Shown here: in pieces, positions 19,168 to 28,606 of the stretch | Layout: every line of letters starts with the position of its first letter | Numbering within the stretch: the stretch's first letter is position 1 | NCBI GenBank assembly: GCA_944358865.1 | Contig: CALVRV010000006.1 | Coordinates: 1-57,382, forward strand | Reading direction: 5' to 3' | Source: an uncultured Bacilli bacterium | Lineage (GTDB): Bacteria; Bacillota_I; Bacilli_A; RFN20; CAG-826 | Length of the DNA stretch: 57,382 nt | Program-made: the position numbers and the translations under genes | Notes under the pieces: generated by a model | The model's input: only the letters and a program-made list of their open reading frames with translations | What the model was told of the DNA's origin: nothing | Databases searched by the model: none

Positions 19168-21093
19168 TTATTTATTAAACGCTTTTAAAAATAATTCGTT
19201 TAATTTTGAAACAAAACTCTTTTTATCTTTGATATCAAATCCTTCAAGTAACAAAGCTTCATCATAAAGCAAGGATGCATATTTTTCTTGTTCGCTATCA
19301 TTATTTAATTTTTTAAAAGCTTCAAATAAAGGATGATTAGGGTTTAATTCTAAAATTTTACTTGACTTGATTTGATGATCTTCATCTAAGCCAGGTTGTT
19401 CGTTTAAAGTTTTCTCCATCCCTAAAGATAAGCCTTGTTTTGTTGAAATGCAAACAGGGGAATTGATTAACTTACTTGACAAATTAACTTCATCAACAAT
19501 ACCTTTTAAACCATTTGTTAAATTATCTAAGAGACGTTTATTTTCAGCAGTTAATGCATCTAATTTGTCTTTTTCTTCTTTTGATAGTTCTTCACTTTCA
19601 TCGCTTGATATCGATTTAAATTCAGTTTTATCAAAATCATGGAGCATCATAATAGCAAATTCATCTACTCGTTTGTCAAGCAACAACACATCTATTTTTT
19701 CATTTTTATATTTTTCCATTTGTGGAAGCATTAAAATTTGTTCGATTGTCTCGCCGCTTGCGTAATAAATAAATTTTTGGCCATCTTTCATTTCTTCTTT
19801 GTATTGTTTTAAAGAAATATATTCTTCGTTATGATTTAATGTTTTAAAAATTAATAAATCCTCTAATAAATCTTTTTTAGCGCCATAAGATGAATAAATT
19901 CCAAATTTAATATGTTCTCCATAAAGTTCATAAAATTTCTTATATGTCTCAAAATCATTAGTTTTAGTTTCTTTTAATTTATCAATTATTTTTTTCTCAA
20001 TATTATCCGCTATTTTGCGCATAATGGGTGATTGTTGTAACATTTCACGAGAAATATTAAGATTAAAATCATCGCTATCAACTAATCCTTTAACAAATTT
20101 TAAATAATCTGGCACTAATTCTTTACATTTATCTTTAATAAATATTCCTTTCGCGTAAAGTGTAAGACCTTTTTCATAATTCTCACTATATAAATCATAG
20201 GGAATATGACTAGGAACAAAAATTAATGCCTTATAATCAACTAAACCTTCAACTGATATTATTTGATGAATTAAAGGTGATTCATAGTCGTTAAATTTGT
20301 TCTTATAAAATTCATTTATTTCTTCATCTTTAATTTCGCTTTTGTTCTTTTTCCAAATTGGAATCATCGAATTAAGCGTCTTATCTTCGCTTACTTCATG
20401 ATATTTATCCTTGATAGGATTTCCATTTTCATCTTTATCTTGTTCTTGATGAGTTATTAACATTTTAATCGGATAACGAATGTAATCTGAATATTTTTTA
20501 ACTAAAGATTCAATATTATATGAATCTAAAAACATATCATAGTTTTCATCTTTAGTATTCTTTTTTAATTTAACAATAATTTCTGTACCATTTTCTTCTT
20601 TAGTTGCATCTTCAATAGTGTAATTTTCTTGTCCATCACTAGTAAATTTATAAGCGTTTTTAAATTTAGCGCTTCTAGAAATAACTTCTATACTTTCTGC
20701 AACCATAAAAGCGCTATAAAAGCCAACACCAAATTGACCAATAATTTCTAAATCTTTATTATCTTTAGCTTTTTTAATTTTTTCTAAAAAATCCTTTGAT
20801 CCAGATTTTGCAATCGTTCCTAAATTTTGAATCAATTCTTCTTTGCTCATTCCAATCCCGTTATCTGAAATTGAAATTGTACGATTATTTTTATCTAATG
20901 TGATTCTAATAAAATGTTCTAGAGCAGGGTATTTATCAACATTTGTTAAAGATAAATAACGATATTTATCAATTGCATCGCTCGCATTTGAAATTAGTTC
21001 TCTTAAGAAAATTTCTTTGTTTGTGTAGATTGAATTAATCATTAAGTTTAATAATTGTTTTGATTCGGCTTGAAATTGTTTAACTTCTTTCAT
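19168..21093 (-). CDS. htpG: Hsp90 chaperone HtpG
   Basis: FLRELISNASDA, DNGIGM, NLGTIAKSG, IGQFGVGFYSAF, LNISRE. Confidence 0.97.
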   Translation of the reverse strand: MKEVKQFQAESKQLLNLMINSIYTNKEIFLRELISNASDAIDKYRYLSLTNVDKYPALEHFIRITLDKNNRTISISDNGIGMSKEELIQNLGTIAKSGSKDFLEKIKKAKDNKDLEIIGQFGVGFYSAFMVAESIEVISRSAKFKNAYKFTSDGQENYTIEDATKEENGTEIIVKLKKNTKDENYDMFLDSYNIESLVKKYSDYIRYPIKMLITHQEQDKDENGNPIKDKYHEVSEDKTLNSMIPIWKKNKSEIKDEEINEFYKNKFNDYESPLIHQIISVEGLVDYKALIFVPSHIPYDLYSENYEKGLTLYAKGIFIKDKCKELVPDYLKFVKGLVDSDDFNLNISREMLQQSPIMRKIADNIEKKIIDKLKETKTNDFETYKKFYELYGEHIKFGIYSSYGAKKDLLEDLLIFKTLNHNEEYISLKQYKEEMKDGQKFIYYASGETIEQILMLPQMEKYKNEKIDVLLLDKRVDEFAIMMLHDFDKTEFKSISSDESEELSKEEKDKLDALTAENKRLLDNLTNGLKGIVDEVNLSSKLINSPVCISTKQGLSLGMEKTLNEQPGLDEDHQIKSSKILELNPNHPLFEAFKKLNNDSEQEKYASLLYDEALLLEGFDIKDKKSFVSKLNELFLKAFNK

Positions 21094-21141
21094 TTTTAAA
21101 ACCTCCTTTTTAAGTCGACAAATTATATTATAATCGTAAAA

Positions 21142-21168
21142 TTAGCAGTGTAAAGTGTTGAGTGCTAA
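21142..21168 (-). promoter_or_regulatory. CIRCE element (HrcA operator) upstream of htpG
   Basis: Minus strand TTAGCACTC-N9-CACTGCTAA versus consensus TTAGCACTC-N9-GAGTGCTAA; overlaps the TTTACA -35 of a TTTACA-16-TATAAT promoter. Confidence 0.88.
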
Positions 21169-21227
21169 AAAATAACAATTTTATAAAAAATGTATCATTT
21201 TTAATCAAATTTTATTACACTATCACT

Positions 21228-21704
21228 ATGGAATATAAAACACTTCGTGTTACTGTCGCAGCTTATCCTCAATACATTGAAGAGATGGAATTGTTTGAAT
21301 GGCATCTAGATAAAGTTAATCCAGATGGCAAAGATGACCAATATGTTATTTTAAATTTTTCTAGAGATCCTAATATCAAAAATTATGAACAAATTCGACA
21401 ATTAGAATTAGAGTGGTTTTCTATTGATTATCCAAAATTTTGGCCTTGTGCTGTTTTTTGTATCCTTGGTTTTGCATTAATTACCGCACTACTTGTCATT
21501 TGTATGGCGTTACAATACGATTTTAATTCACAGCCATGGCTATACGCTTTACTAATCCCAGGTATAGTTTCTATTAATTTGGCTTTATTATATTTTATTT
21601 ATCGTACTTATAAAATGCGTAAAGTGTTTTTAAAAGGTGATGAAATTCGTCGCAATATTAGAGAAAAAATTAAAGGTTTAAACGATGCTCAAACAAAAGA
21701 TTAA
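21228..21704 (+). CDS. Two-TM membrane protein, unknown function
   Basis: Soluble N-terminus plus two hydrophobic helices; paralogous to the next ORF. Confidence 0.75.
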   Translation: MEYKTLRVTVAAYPQYIEEMELFEWHLDKVNPDGKDDQYVILNFSRDPNIKNYEQIRQLELEWFSIDYPKFWPCAVFCILGFALITALLVICMALQYDFNSQPWLYALLIPGIVSINLALLYFIYRTYKMRKVFLKGDEIRRNIREKIKGLNDAQTKD

Positions 21705-22149
21705 AGTTAAAATAAAAGATGCCGAAGAAATTAAAAATAGTTATTTTCATTTTGGCTATCAACTCGTTAGTGAAATTCCAAGTGGAAATAAGGTTATTTT
21801 AAATTTTCAAAAAATGCCTACAGCTTCGAGCAAATCTTTAAAAAAATTAGAAAGACAATATAAAAAAGTTTTAAAAAAGTTCCCTCTAGCGGCCACTATA
21901 TTCTTGTTAGTTGGTCTAATATTTTTGTTTATCGGATTATTTTTAAATGTTGGAATTCAAATAATTAATATTGTTTTATTAGTCGTTGCATCATTATTAT
22001 TTGTAGATGCTGTCTATCTTTATATTGGCTTTTTATTAAACTTTATTTATCGTAAAAAAACTTTAGCTAATATTTTTAAAAAAGCCCAAAAAATTTATCC
22101 TGAAGGTTCTATTCAACTTCCAAACAACTTTAACACAATAAATAATTAA
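21685..22149 (+). CDS. Two-TM membrane protein, unknown function
   Basis: Shares VILNF...LE...(K)FxP/FP...F...G pattern with the upstream ORF. Confidence 0.75.
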   Translation: MLKQKIKVKIKDAEEIKNSYFHFGYQLVSEIPSGNKVILNFQKMPTASSKSLKKLERQYKKVLKKFPLAATIFLLVGLIFLFIGLFLNVGIQIINIVLLVVASLLFVDAVYLYIGFLLNFIYRKKTLANIFKKAQKIYPEGSIQLPNNFNTINN

Positions 22150-22204
22150 TATTTAATTATTTTTTTAATTTATTTTTTTGTTATATTGTTATACAATTTT
22201 AAGT

Positions 22205-23620
22205 ATGAAAAACAAAGGTATTTTGCTTCCTGTATCTTCCTTACCAGGCCATCATGGTATTGGCGATATGGGTGAAAACGCATTCGAATTTATTAGATGG
22301 CTAAATAAAAGAAATTTTAATTATTGGCAAATTCTTCCAATAAATCCTTTAGGACCAGGATGGTCTCCTTATATGACTACATGTAGTGAAGCAATTGACT
22401 TCCGTTATATTAGTCTTGACGATTTGTACAAGGATGGTTTATTAGAAAAACCAGTAAGAAAATTCCATCCTAATTCAAATAAAGCATTGTATGTTGAAGC
22501 AGGGGAATTTAAGAAAAGAATTTTAAAAAAAGCTTATAAAAATTTTAAAAAGTCTCATTTTGATGAATTGTTAAAATTTGTTAAATCACAAAAATGGATT
22601 GTACGTTACGCATTTTTTAATATTTTTTATGAAGAAAATAATTTAAAAGCTTGGAATGAATGGCCAAAAGATGAAATTTTTTATCTTGAAAACCATAAAA
22701 AAGATAATAAAATTCCAACTAAATACAAGGACAAATTTTACTATCTCGTATTTGAACAATTAATTGCATATAAACAATGGAAAAAATTAATAAAATACGC
22801 TCATAAATTTGACATTAAAATTATTGGTGATCTACCATTTTATGTTGGCTATAATTCTAGCGATTGCTGGGGAAATAAAAAGGTTTTCAATTTAGATGAA
22901 AATTTTGTTCCGACAACTGTTGCAGGATGCCCACCAGATGGCTTTAGTGAAGATGGACAACTATGGGGAAATCCTACTTTTAATTTTGAAGTAATGAAAA
23001 AAGATAATTATAAATTTTATGTCAATCGTTTAGGTGCAATATCTAAACTTTGTGACATTGTCCGTTTAGACCATTTTAGAGCTTTTGATGCCTATTATGC
23101 TATTCCTGCTGGAGCAAAAAATGCTAGAGTTGGTGAATGGATTGACGGACCTGCTTATGGTTTATTTGATGCATTTTTTAAAAAATATCCAAAAGCCAAT
23201 ATTATTGCTGAAGATTTAGGGTTTATGACTGAAAGAGTGTATGCCCTAAGAGATCATTATCATTTTCCAGGCATGAATATTTTACAAAATACATTCTTTG
23301 AACCACAAACAAAAGATCAAGATGACATGATAATGTATACTGGTACACATGATAATAACACTATTAAATATTGGTTTGATAATCTTGATGATCAAGGCAA
23401 AGAAAAATTAAAAACAATTGTAAATGCTGATCCAAGTAAAGACTTATTAGAAGAATATATGCGTTTTGTTTTTAGAAAAGCTAGTAAATTAACAATTATT
23501 CCAATGCAAGATTATCTTTTGTTAGACAATTCCACTCGTTTGAATTCTCCTGGTAGTTTTGGTTCTCCAAACTGGGAATGGAAATTAATAAAATTACCTA
23601 ATGTCATAAAAAATTATTAA
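22205..23620 (+). CDS. malQ: 4-alpha-glucanotransferase (GH77)
   Basis: WQILP, GDLPFYV, GCPPDGFSEDGQLWGNP, RLDHFR, AEDLG, YTGTHDN. Confidence 0.95.
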   Translation: MKNKGILLPVSSLPGHHGIGDMGENAFEFIRWLNKRNFNYWQILPINPLGPGWSPYMTTCSEAIDFRYISLDDLYKDGLLEKPVRKFHPNSNKALYVEAGEFKKRILKKAYKNFKKSHFDELLKFVKSQKWIVRYAFFNIFYEENNLKAWNEWPKDEIFYLENHKKDNKIPTKYKDKFYYLVFEQLIAYKQWKKLIKYAHKFDIKIIGDLPFYVGYNSSDCWGNKKVFNLDENFVPTTVAGCPPDGFSEDGQLWGNPTFNFEVMKKDNYKFYVNRLGAISKLCDIVRLDHFRAFDAYYAIPAGAKNARVGEWIDGPAYGLFDAFFKKYPKANIIAEDLGFMTERVYALRDHYHFPGMNILQNTFFEPQTKDQDDMIMYTGTHDNNTIKYWFDNLDDQGKEKLKTIVNADPSKDLLEEYMRFVFRKASKLTIIPMQDYLLLDNSTRLNSPGSFGSPNWEWKLIKLPNVIKNY

Positions 23621-23665
23621 TTTTTAAGGCTTTAATTAATAAACAAAAAAGGAGCAATTTAAAAG

Positions 23666-23950
23666 ATGCCAACATCAAGTTTTGATTTTCACCTTCTGGC
23701 AATGATTTTCATTGTTTTAAGTGTTGCATCTTTTGTTTTAGCTTTAATTTTAAGAGCGTTTAGACTAAGATTTCTTTCTCGCTTATTTATTGTTTTTGCT
23801 TCTTTAGGTTTTTTAATTTATTCATCGCTATTTTTTGTTAATTTTCCTAGAAACGATTTGTCTTTTGCTGATATTTCGCAAATTATATTGTTTGTTTTTG
23901 CAATATTATTAACTATTTATAATCTAATTGTATTTATTAAAAAAAGATGA
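23666..23950 (+). CDS. Small three-TM membrane protein
   Basis: Hydrophobic 94 aa, AAGGAG SD, ATGA overlap with rimO. Confidence 0.7.
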   Translation: MPTSSFDFHLLAMIFIVLSVASFVLALILRAFRLRFLSRLFIVFASLGFLIYSSLFFVNFPRNDLSFADISQIILFVFAILLTIYNLIVFIKKR

Positions 23951-25260
23951 AAACTGTAGGTATTATTTCTTTAGGATGCTGTAAAAATCTCGTCGATAGC
24001 GAACTATTATTAGGATATTTTAAAGATTCTAATTATACTGTTGTGACTCAACCAGAAACCGCTGATGTAATTATAATTAATACATGTGGTTTTATTTTGG
24101 ATGCTAAAAAAGAATCTTTAGATATGATTTTTGAAATGGCTAAATATAAAAAGAAACTTGTTATTACAGGTTGCTTAGTTCAACGTTATTACAAAGAATT
24201 AAAAAAAGAACTACCAGAAGCTGATTTGCTTGTCAAAATAAGCGATTACCCTCATCTATATGATAAAGTAATACAAATCGACAAACGTTTTAAAAAAATA
24301 ACAGATGGCATATGGTATTATAATCGTGTCATTCCATATAATGGTTATTCAGCCTATTTAAAAATTGCTGAGGGTTGTTCAAATCATTGCTCCTATTGCG
24401 CAATACCGCTGATAAGAGGGGAATTAAAATCAAGACGAATTAAAGATATTATGATTGAGGCAAAATATCTTGCCACAAGAAACATAAAAGAACTAGTGGT
24501 TATCGCTCAAGATACAACTAAATATGGTCTTGATATTTATGGTAAAGTTAAAATTGTTGATCTATTAAAACAACTACTTGAAATAAAAGACTTTCAATTT
24601 ATTCGTCTTTTATATCTGTATCCAGATGAAATTGACGATGACTTAATACAACTTATTAAAAACGAAAAACGTATCGCCCCTTATTTTGATATCCCCATCC
24701 AACATAGCGAAGACCGTATTTTAAAAGCAATGAATAGAAGGGGAAGCAAACAATTTTTACTTAATTTATTTAAAAAAATAAGAAAAGAAATTCCTAACGC
24801 TATTTTAAGAACAACAATTATGGTTGGATTTCCTGGCGAAACTCAAGAAGATTTTGATAACCTAATCGATTTTATAAAAGAAGTTAAATTTGATCATCTC
24901 GGTGTATTTGCCTATTCTAGAGAAGAAGACACCCCATCTTTTAATATGAAGGATCAAATTAGCGATGAAATTAAAACAAAACGTGTCGATGATGTAATGA
25001 TCGCACAATATTATATTTCAAAAGAAAAAAATGAATCACATATTGGCGAAATTATGACAGGCATTGTTATTAAAAGAACAAATAGATACTATTATTTAAG
25101 GTCGTATTATAACGCTCCTGATGAAATTGATGGCAATATTTTATTTAATTCACGTCGTAGATTAAAAGTTGGTGACGTTGTAAAAGTTGAAATAACTAAT
25201 TCGACACCATATGATTTGTATGGAGAATTTGTAAAAACTGTTGATTTTAAAAAACAATAA
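23947..25260 (+). CDS. rimO: Ribosomal protein S12 methylthiotransferase
   Basis: SLGCCKNLVDSE, NTCGFI, CSNHCSYC, YLYP, APDEIDG TRAM domain. Confidence 0.95.
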   Translation: MKTVGIISLGCCKNLVDSELLLGYFKDSNYTVVTQPETADVIIINTCGFILDAKKESLDMIFEMAKYKKKLVITGCLVQRYYKELKKELPEADLLVKISDYPHLYDKVIQIDKRFKKITDGIWYYNRVIPYNGYSAYLKIAEGCSNHCSYCAIPLIRGELKSRRIKDIMIEAKYLATRNIKELVVIAQDTTKYGLDIYGKVKIVDLLKQLLEIKDFQFIRLLYLYPDEIDDDLIQLIKNEKRIAPYFDIPIQHSEDRILKAMNRRGSKQFLLNLFKKIRKEIPNAILRTTIMVGFPGETQEDFDNLIDFIKEVKFDHLGVFAYSREEDTPSFNMKDQISDEIKTKRVDDVMIAQYYISKEKNESHIGEIMTGIVIKRTNRYYYLRSYYNAPDEIDGNILFNSRRRLKVGDVVKVEITNSTPYDLYGEFVKTVDFKKQ

Positions 25261-25287
25261 TAATATAATAACGCTTGCATGTGTTAA

Positions 25288-25361
25288 GCCCCATTAGTTA
25301 AATGGCATAACGGATCCATGGTAAGGATCTATTCGTAGTTCGATTCTGCGATGGGGCACCA
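25288..25361 (+). tRNA. tRNA-Thr (GGT)
   Basis: Acceptor GCCCCAT/ATGGGGC, anticodon arm GATCC-ATGGTAA-GGATC, CCA end. Confidence 0.92.
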
Positions 25362-25436
25362 ACATGTTAAAATGATGCTTAGGCATCTTTTTTTAATTAT
25401 TAAAAAAACAAAATGAAAATTTTCTAGGATTAGTCG

Positions 25437-25483
25437 TTTTTTTTTTTTTTTTTATTGATGAAACAAGATTTATGACTTAAAAT
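25437..25483 (+). promoter_or_regulatory. T17 tract plus sigma-A promoter of the WYL gene
   Basis: T17 (25437-25453) then TTGATG-17 nt-TAAAAT, 9 nt before the ATG. Confidence 0.55.
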
Positions 25484-25492
25484 ATCAATAAA

Positions 25493-26482
25493 ATGATAAT
25501 AACAAAAAAGCACACTCCATTACTTGTTTTAAAAATTTTGCAAGAATATAGTGATGAAAATCATTATCTTACACAAAATCAAATACTTGAGTTAATTAAA
25601 GAAAAATATCAAGTTGATTTAGAACGCAAATCTATCGGCGCGGCAATTAATTTTTTATTAAATTTTAATTACGATATTATAAAAGCTCCTCGAGGTGGAT
25701 ATGCGCTCATTTCGCGTCTTTTTGAAAATGAGGATATTAGATATATTAATGACGCTATTTTTTCTAGTAAATATATTGATTTAGAAAAATCTTATCAAAT
25801 CGTTGATAAAATTAATTCAACATTGTCAATTTATAAAAAGAAGGAAAATGGATACGTTTTGAAGGGTTTTGCTCTTAAAAACAATAATATAAATCATATT
25901 TTTGAAAATATTGAAATAATTAATCAAGCGATTGAAAGTAATAAAAAAATTACATTTCAATCAAAAATATATAATTTTGATGGAGAACTAATTTTAAAAA
26001 ATAATGGTGCAAGATATACAGTCTCACCTTATTTCATTATAAATAATCTGTGTAAATATTACTTACTTTATGATTACAACAAAGAGTCCAATATGTTTAA
26101 ATACCTTCGCGTTGATAATTTAGAAAACGTTGAAATTAGTAAAGAAGATGTAGAATTACCATCTATTTTTAAAACAAATGAAGAATCTGAGTCTGACAAA
26201 TTAATAAATAATATTAGCAATATATTTTTTCGTAATCTAATTTGTGCAAAAGTAGAAATACTATCTCCTAATTTTATCCAGCATATCGCTGATTATTTTT
26301 CTAAATATACAATTTCAAAAGAAGGCGATAGGTTATACGCGAATATTACTAGTGATGAAAACGCTATATTTAAATGGATTTTATATTATGGTGAAGAATT
26401 TCGTCTTGTTAGTCCTGAAAAGACATTAGAAAGAATAAAATTATACATAGAAAAACAAAGTCAAATTTATAAAATAAAGTAA
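25493..26482 (+). CDS. wHTH-WYL-WCX transcriptional regulator
   Basis: ILQEYSDENHYLT..I wHTH, ERKSI, VSPY....KYYL, LRVDNL, W...YG....LVSP. Confidence 0.85.
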   Translation: MIITKKHTPLLVLKILQEYSDENHYLTQNQILELIKEKYQVDLERKSIGAAINFLLNFNYDIIKAPRGGYALISRLFENEDIRYINDAIFSSKYIDLEKSYQIVDKINSTLSIYKKKENGYVLKGFALKNNNINHIFENIEIINQAIESNKKITFQSKIYNFDGELILKNNGARYTVSPYFIINNLCKYYLLYDYNKESNMFKYLRVDNLENVEISKEDVELPSIFKTNEESESDKLINNISNIFFRNLICAKVEILSPNFIQHIADYFSKYTISKEGDRLYANITSDENAIFKWILYYGEEFRLVSPEKTLERIKLYIEKQSQIYKIK

Positions 26483-26656
26483 AATTTTACTTTTTTTAAA
26501 AAAATAGAGCAAATATGAATTCTTTTTTAAAAAACGATATGTTAATAGGTATAATTTATCTTCAAAATTTAACCATTTTGCAAAAAATATGAAAAAAAAT
26601 TAAAAATACCAATTTTTTTTGTTAAAAATCTAATTTGATTGTGTATAATAATAAAT

Positions 26657-27874
26657 ATGAACTCAATAAATCGTGTCAACGGAATGAAAGTCGTTAAAAA
26701 ATGGAATCTTGGTTTGTTTATTAGTTGTTTTTTAATGCTCGGTGCTTGTGGCGGTTTAATTGCTGCTATGTATTTTTTACCATTATTTGGCGCTGATTTT
26801 CAAACATCATTAAATGGAAATCTAACTAATCATAACTATTTAATTTATACGACCGATTTTGTTTATTTTGTTTTGCAAGATTTTCTTGGCACAAATTCTA
26901 TTTCAAATGGATTTTGGGCTTTTAATTCTAGTGCAATGTGTACTTTGATTCCTCAAAATTTAGAAATAATTCGTTATATTTTGATAGATTTTATCTTTGG
27001 ATTAATCGCTATTTTAGTTTTATTTGCTCTAATAAGTGTAATAACATTTGTTTTTGGACTTTTATTTGGAGTAATTAAAGGTGGATGGAGAGCACCAAAA
27101 GTATTAACTTGGCTAAGTTTTTCATTTACATTTGTTTTAGCTCTAGTTTTTGTTACTTTAAAATTATTATTAATGTTTTTAGTTAATGGCGCTCCATATG
27201 GTAGCAGTGGATCTACTATTGCAAGTTATAATCTTAATATTTGGTATTTGGTAGGTTATTGTGGAGTTTTACTCGTCCTTGGAATTATTCAATCGATTAT
27301 TTATAATGTTTGCTTTAAAGATCGCATCTATATTAAAGATGCTAAACGTATATTAGAAGCTCAAAAACAAAAACAAGAAATGATGTCTCAACAAATGGGC
27401 TATGGCTATGCAATGCCAATGCCAATGATGGTTCCGGCTCCTAATTATCAAATGAATAATGTTCCACAAATGATAAATAATCAACCTGTTCGTCCAACTA
27501 GCAATCCAACTATTGTTACACAAGTCAAATATTCACCTGGTAAAGGTTTACCAGAACAACTATCTTCTATTGGTGGACATGCCTTTAGTCAAAATAGTAA
27601 TTTAGAGATTGCTATTATTCCTTTAGGAATTAAAGAAATTGGACCTAGTGCCTTTTCTAATTGCCCAAATTTAAAAGTTGTCTCTATTCCTACTAGTGTT
27701 ACAAAAATTGGATATAATGCTTTCTTTGGTTGCAAAAAATTAGCGCGTATCAATTATGGTGGACGCAAAAACGAATGGAAAAATATTGTTCGTGGTTCAA
27801 ACTGGCTTGCCAGCAGTGGCACTAGTGTTGTTGTTTGTGTCGATGGCGCTATCACGGTTAATCCTTATCATTAA
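26657..27874 (+). CDS. Four-TM membrane protein with M/Q/P-rich linker and C-terminal BspA-type LRR
   Basis: Four hydrophobic segments; IGxxAFxxCxNLKxVSIPTSVTKIG repeats. Confidence 0.8.
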   Translation: MNSINRVNGMKVVKKWNLGLFISCFLMLGACGGLIAAMYFLPLFGADFQTSLNGNLTNHNYLIYTTDFVYFVLQDFLGTNSISNGFWAFNSSAMCTLIPQNLEIIRYILIDFIFGLIAILVLFALISVITFVFGLLFGVIKGGWRAPKVLTWLSFSFTFVLALVFVTLKLLLMFLVNGAPYGSSGSTIASYNLNIWYLVGYCGVLLVLGIIQSIIYNVCFKDRIYIKDAKRILEAQKQKQEMMSQQMGYGYAMPMPMMVPAPNYQMNNVPQMINNQPVRPTSNPTIVTQVKYSPGKGLPEQLSSIGGHAFSQNSNLEIAIIPLGIKEIGPSAFSNCPNLKVVSIPTSVTKIGYNAFFGCKKLARINYGGRKNEWKNIVRGSNWLASSGTSVVVCVDGAITVNPYH

Positions 27875-28563
27875 TGAATATTGCTGTTATACTCGCTGCA
27901 GGTAAAAGCGAAAGATTAAATTTAAATAAAAATAAGTGTTTTGTAAAAGTATGTAATCTATATGTTTATGAATATAGTTTAAATACTTTTTTTTCTAATT
28001 CTAACATTGATTTAATTATTTTAGTTGCCGATAAAGAAAATATTAAGTTAGTAAACAATGGAAAATATTCCAATAAACTTCATGTTATTGAAGGTGGAAA
28101 TAATCGTCAAGAAAGTGTTTTTCGTGCTTTAAATTATCTTTTAAAAAATAATCTAGCTCAAGATAACGACAATATTTTAATACATGATGGAGCAAGACCA
28201 CTTGTTAGTGATGAAATAATTAATAATAATATTTTCTTTTTAAAAAATCATGATTTTACTACAACTTGTCTTATGAGCGTTGATTCTTTAGTTCGGGTCA
28301 ATGAATATTTCACTACAAAAGTTGTAGATCGCGATGCTGTATTTTTAGAGCAGACTCCATTAGGTGGTAAATTTAAATTACTTTATAATATTCATAGTAA
28401 TTCAATAAATGAATTTGTCCTTGATACACACGATGATGTTTCTTTAATTTTGCGTTATGGCTATAAAGCATTTATGGTAAGAGGCAATAAAATGAATTTT
28501 AAAATTACTTATGAGGATGATTTAAAACTTTTTAGATTATATCTAAAAATTCTAAAAAAATAA
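27874..28563 (+). CDS. IspD/TarI-family cytidylyltransferase
   Basis: LAAGKSER, GGNNRQESV, IHDGARP, QTP, NFKITYEDD. Confidence 0.85.
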   Translation: MNIAVILAAGKSERLNLNKNKCFVKVCNLYVYEYSLNTFFSNSNIDLIILVADKENIKLVNNGKYSNKLHVIEGGNNRQESVFRALNYLLKNNLAQDNDNILIHDGARPLVSDEIINNNIFFLKNHDFTTTCLMSVDSLVRVNEYFTTKVVDRDAVFLEQTPLGGKFKLLYNIHSNSINEFVLDTHDDVSLILRYGYKAFMVRGNKMNFKITYEDDLKLFRLYLKILKK

Positions 28564-28606
28564 TTTTTATTGCAATAGTAAGGTTTTTTGATAAAATTTA
28601 AACGTT

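Noticed and set aside
25314-25330. A32 in the tRNA-Thr(GGT) anticodon loop
   Set aside because: An AUGGUAA loop is also found in other Bacilli tRNA-Thr(GGU); not unusual.
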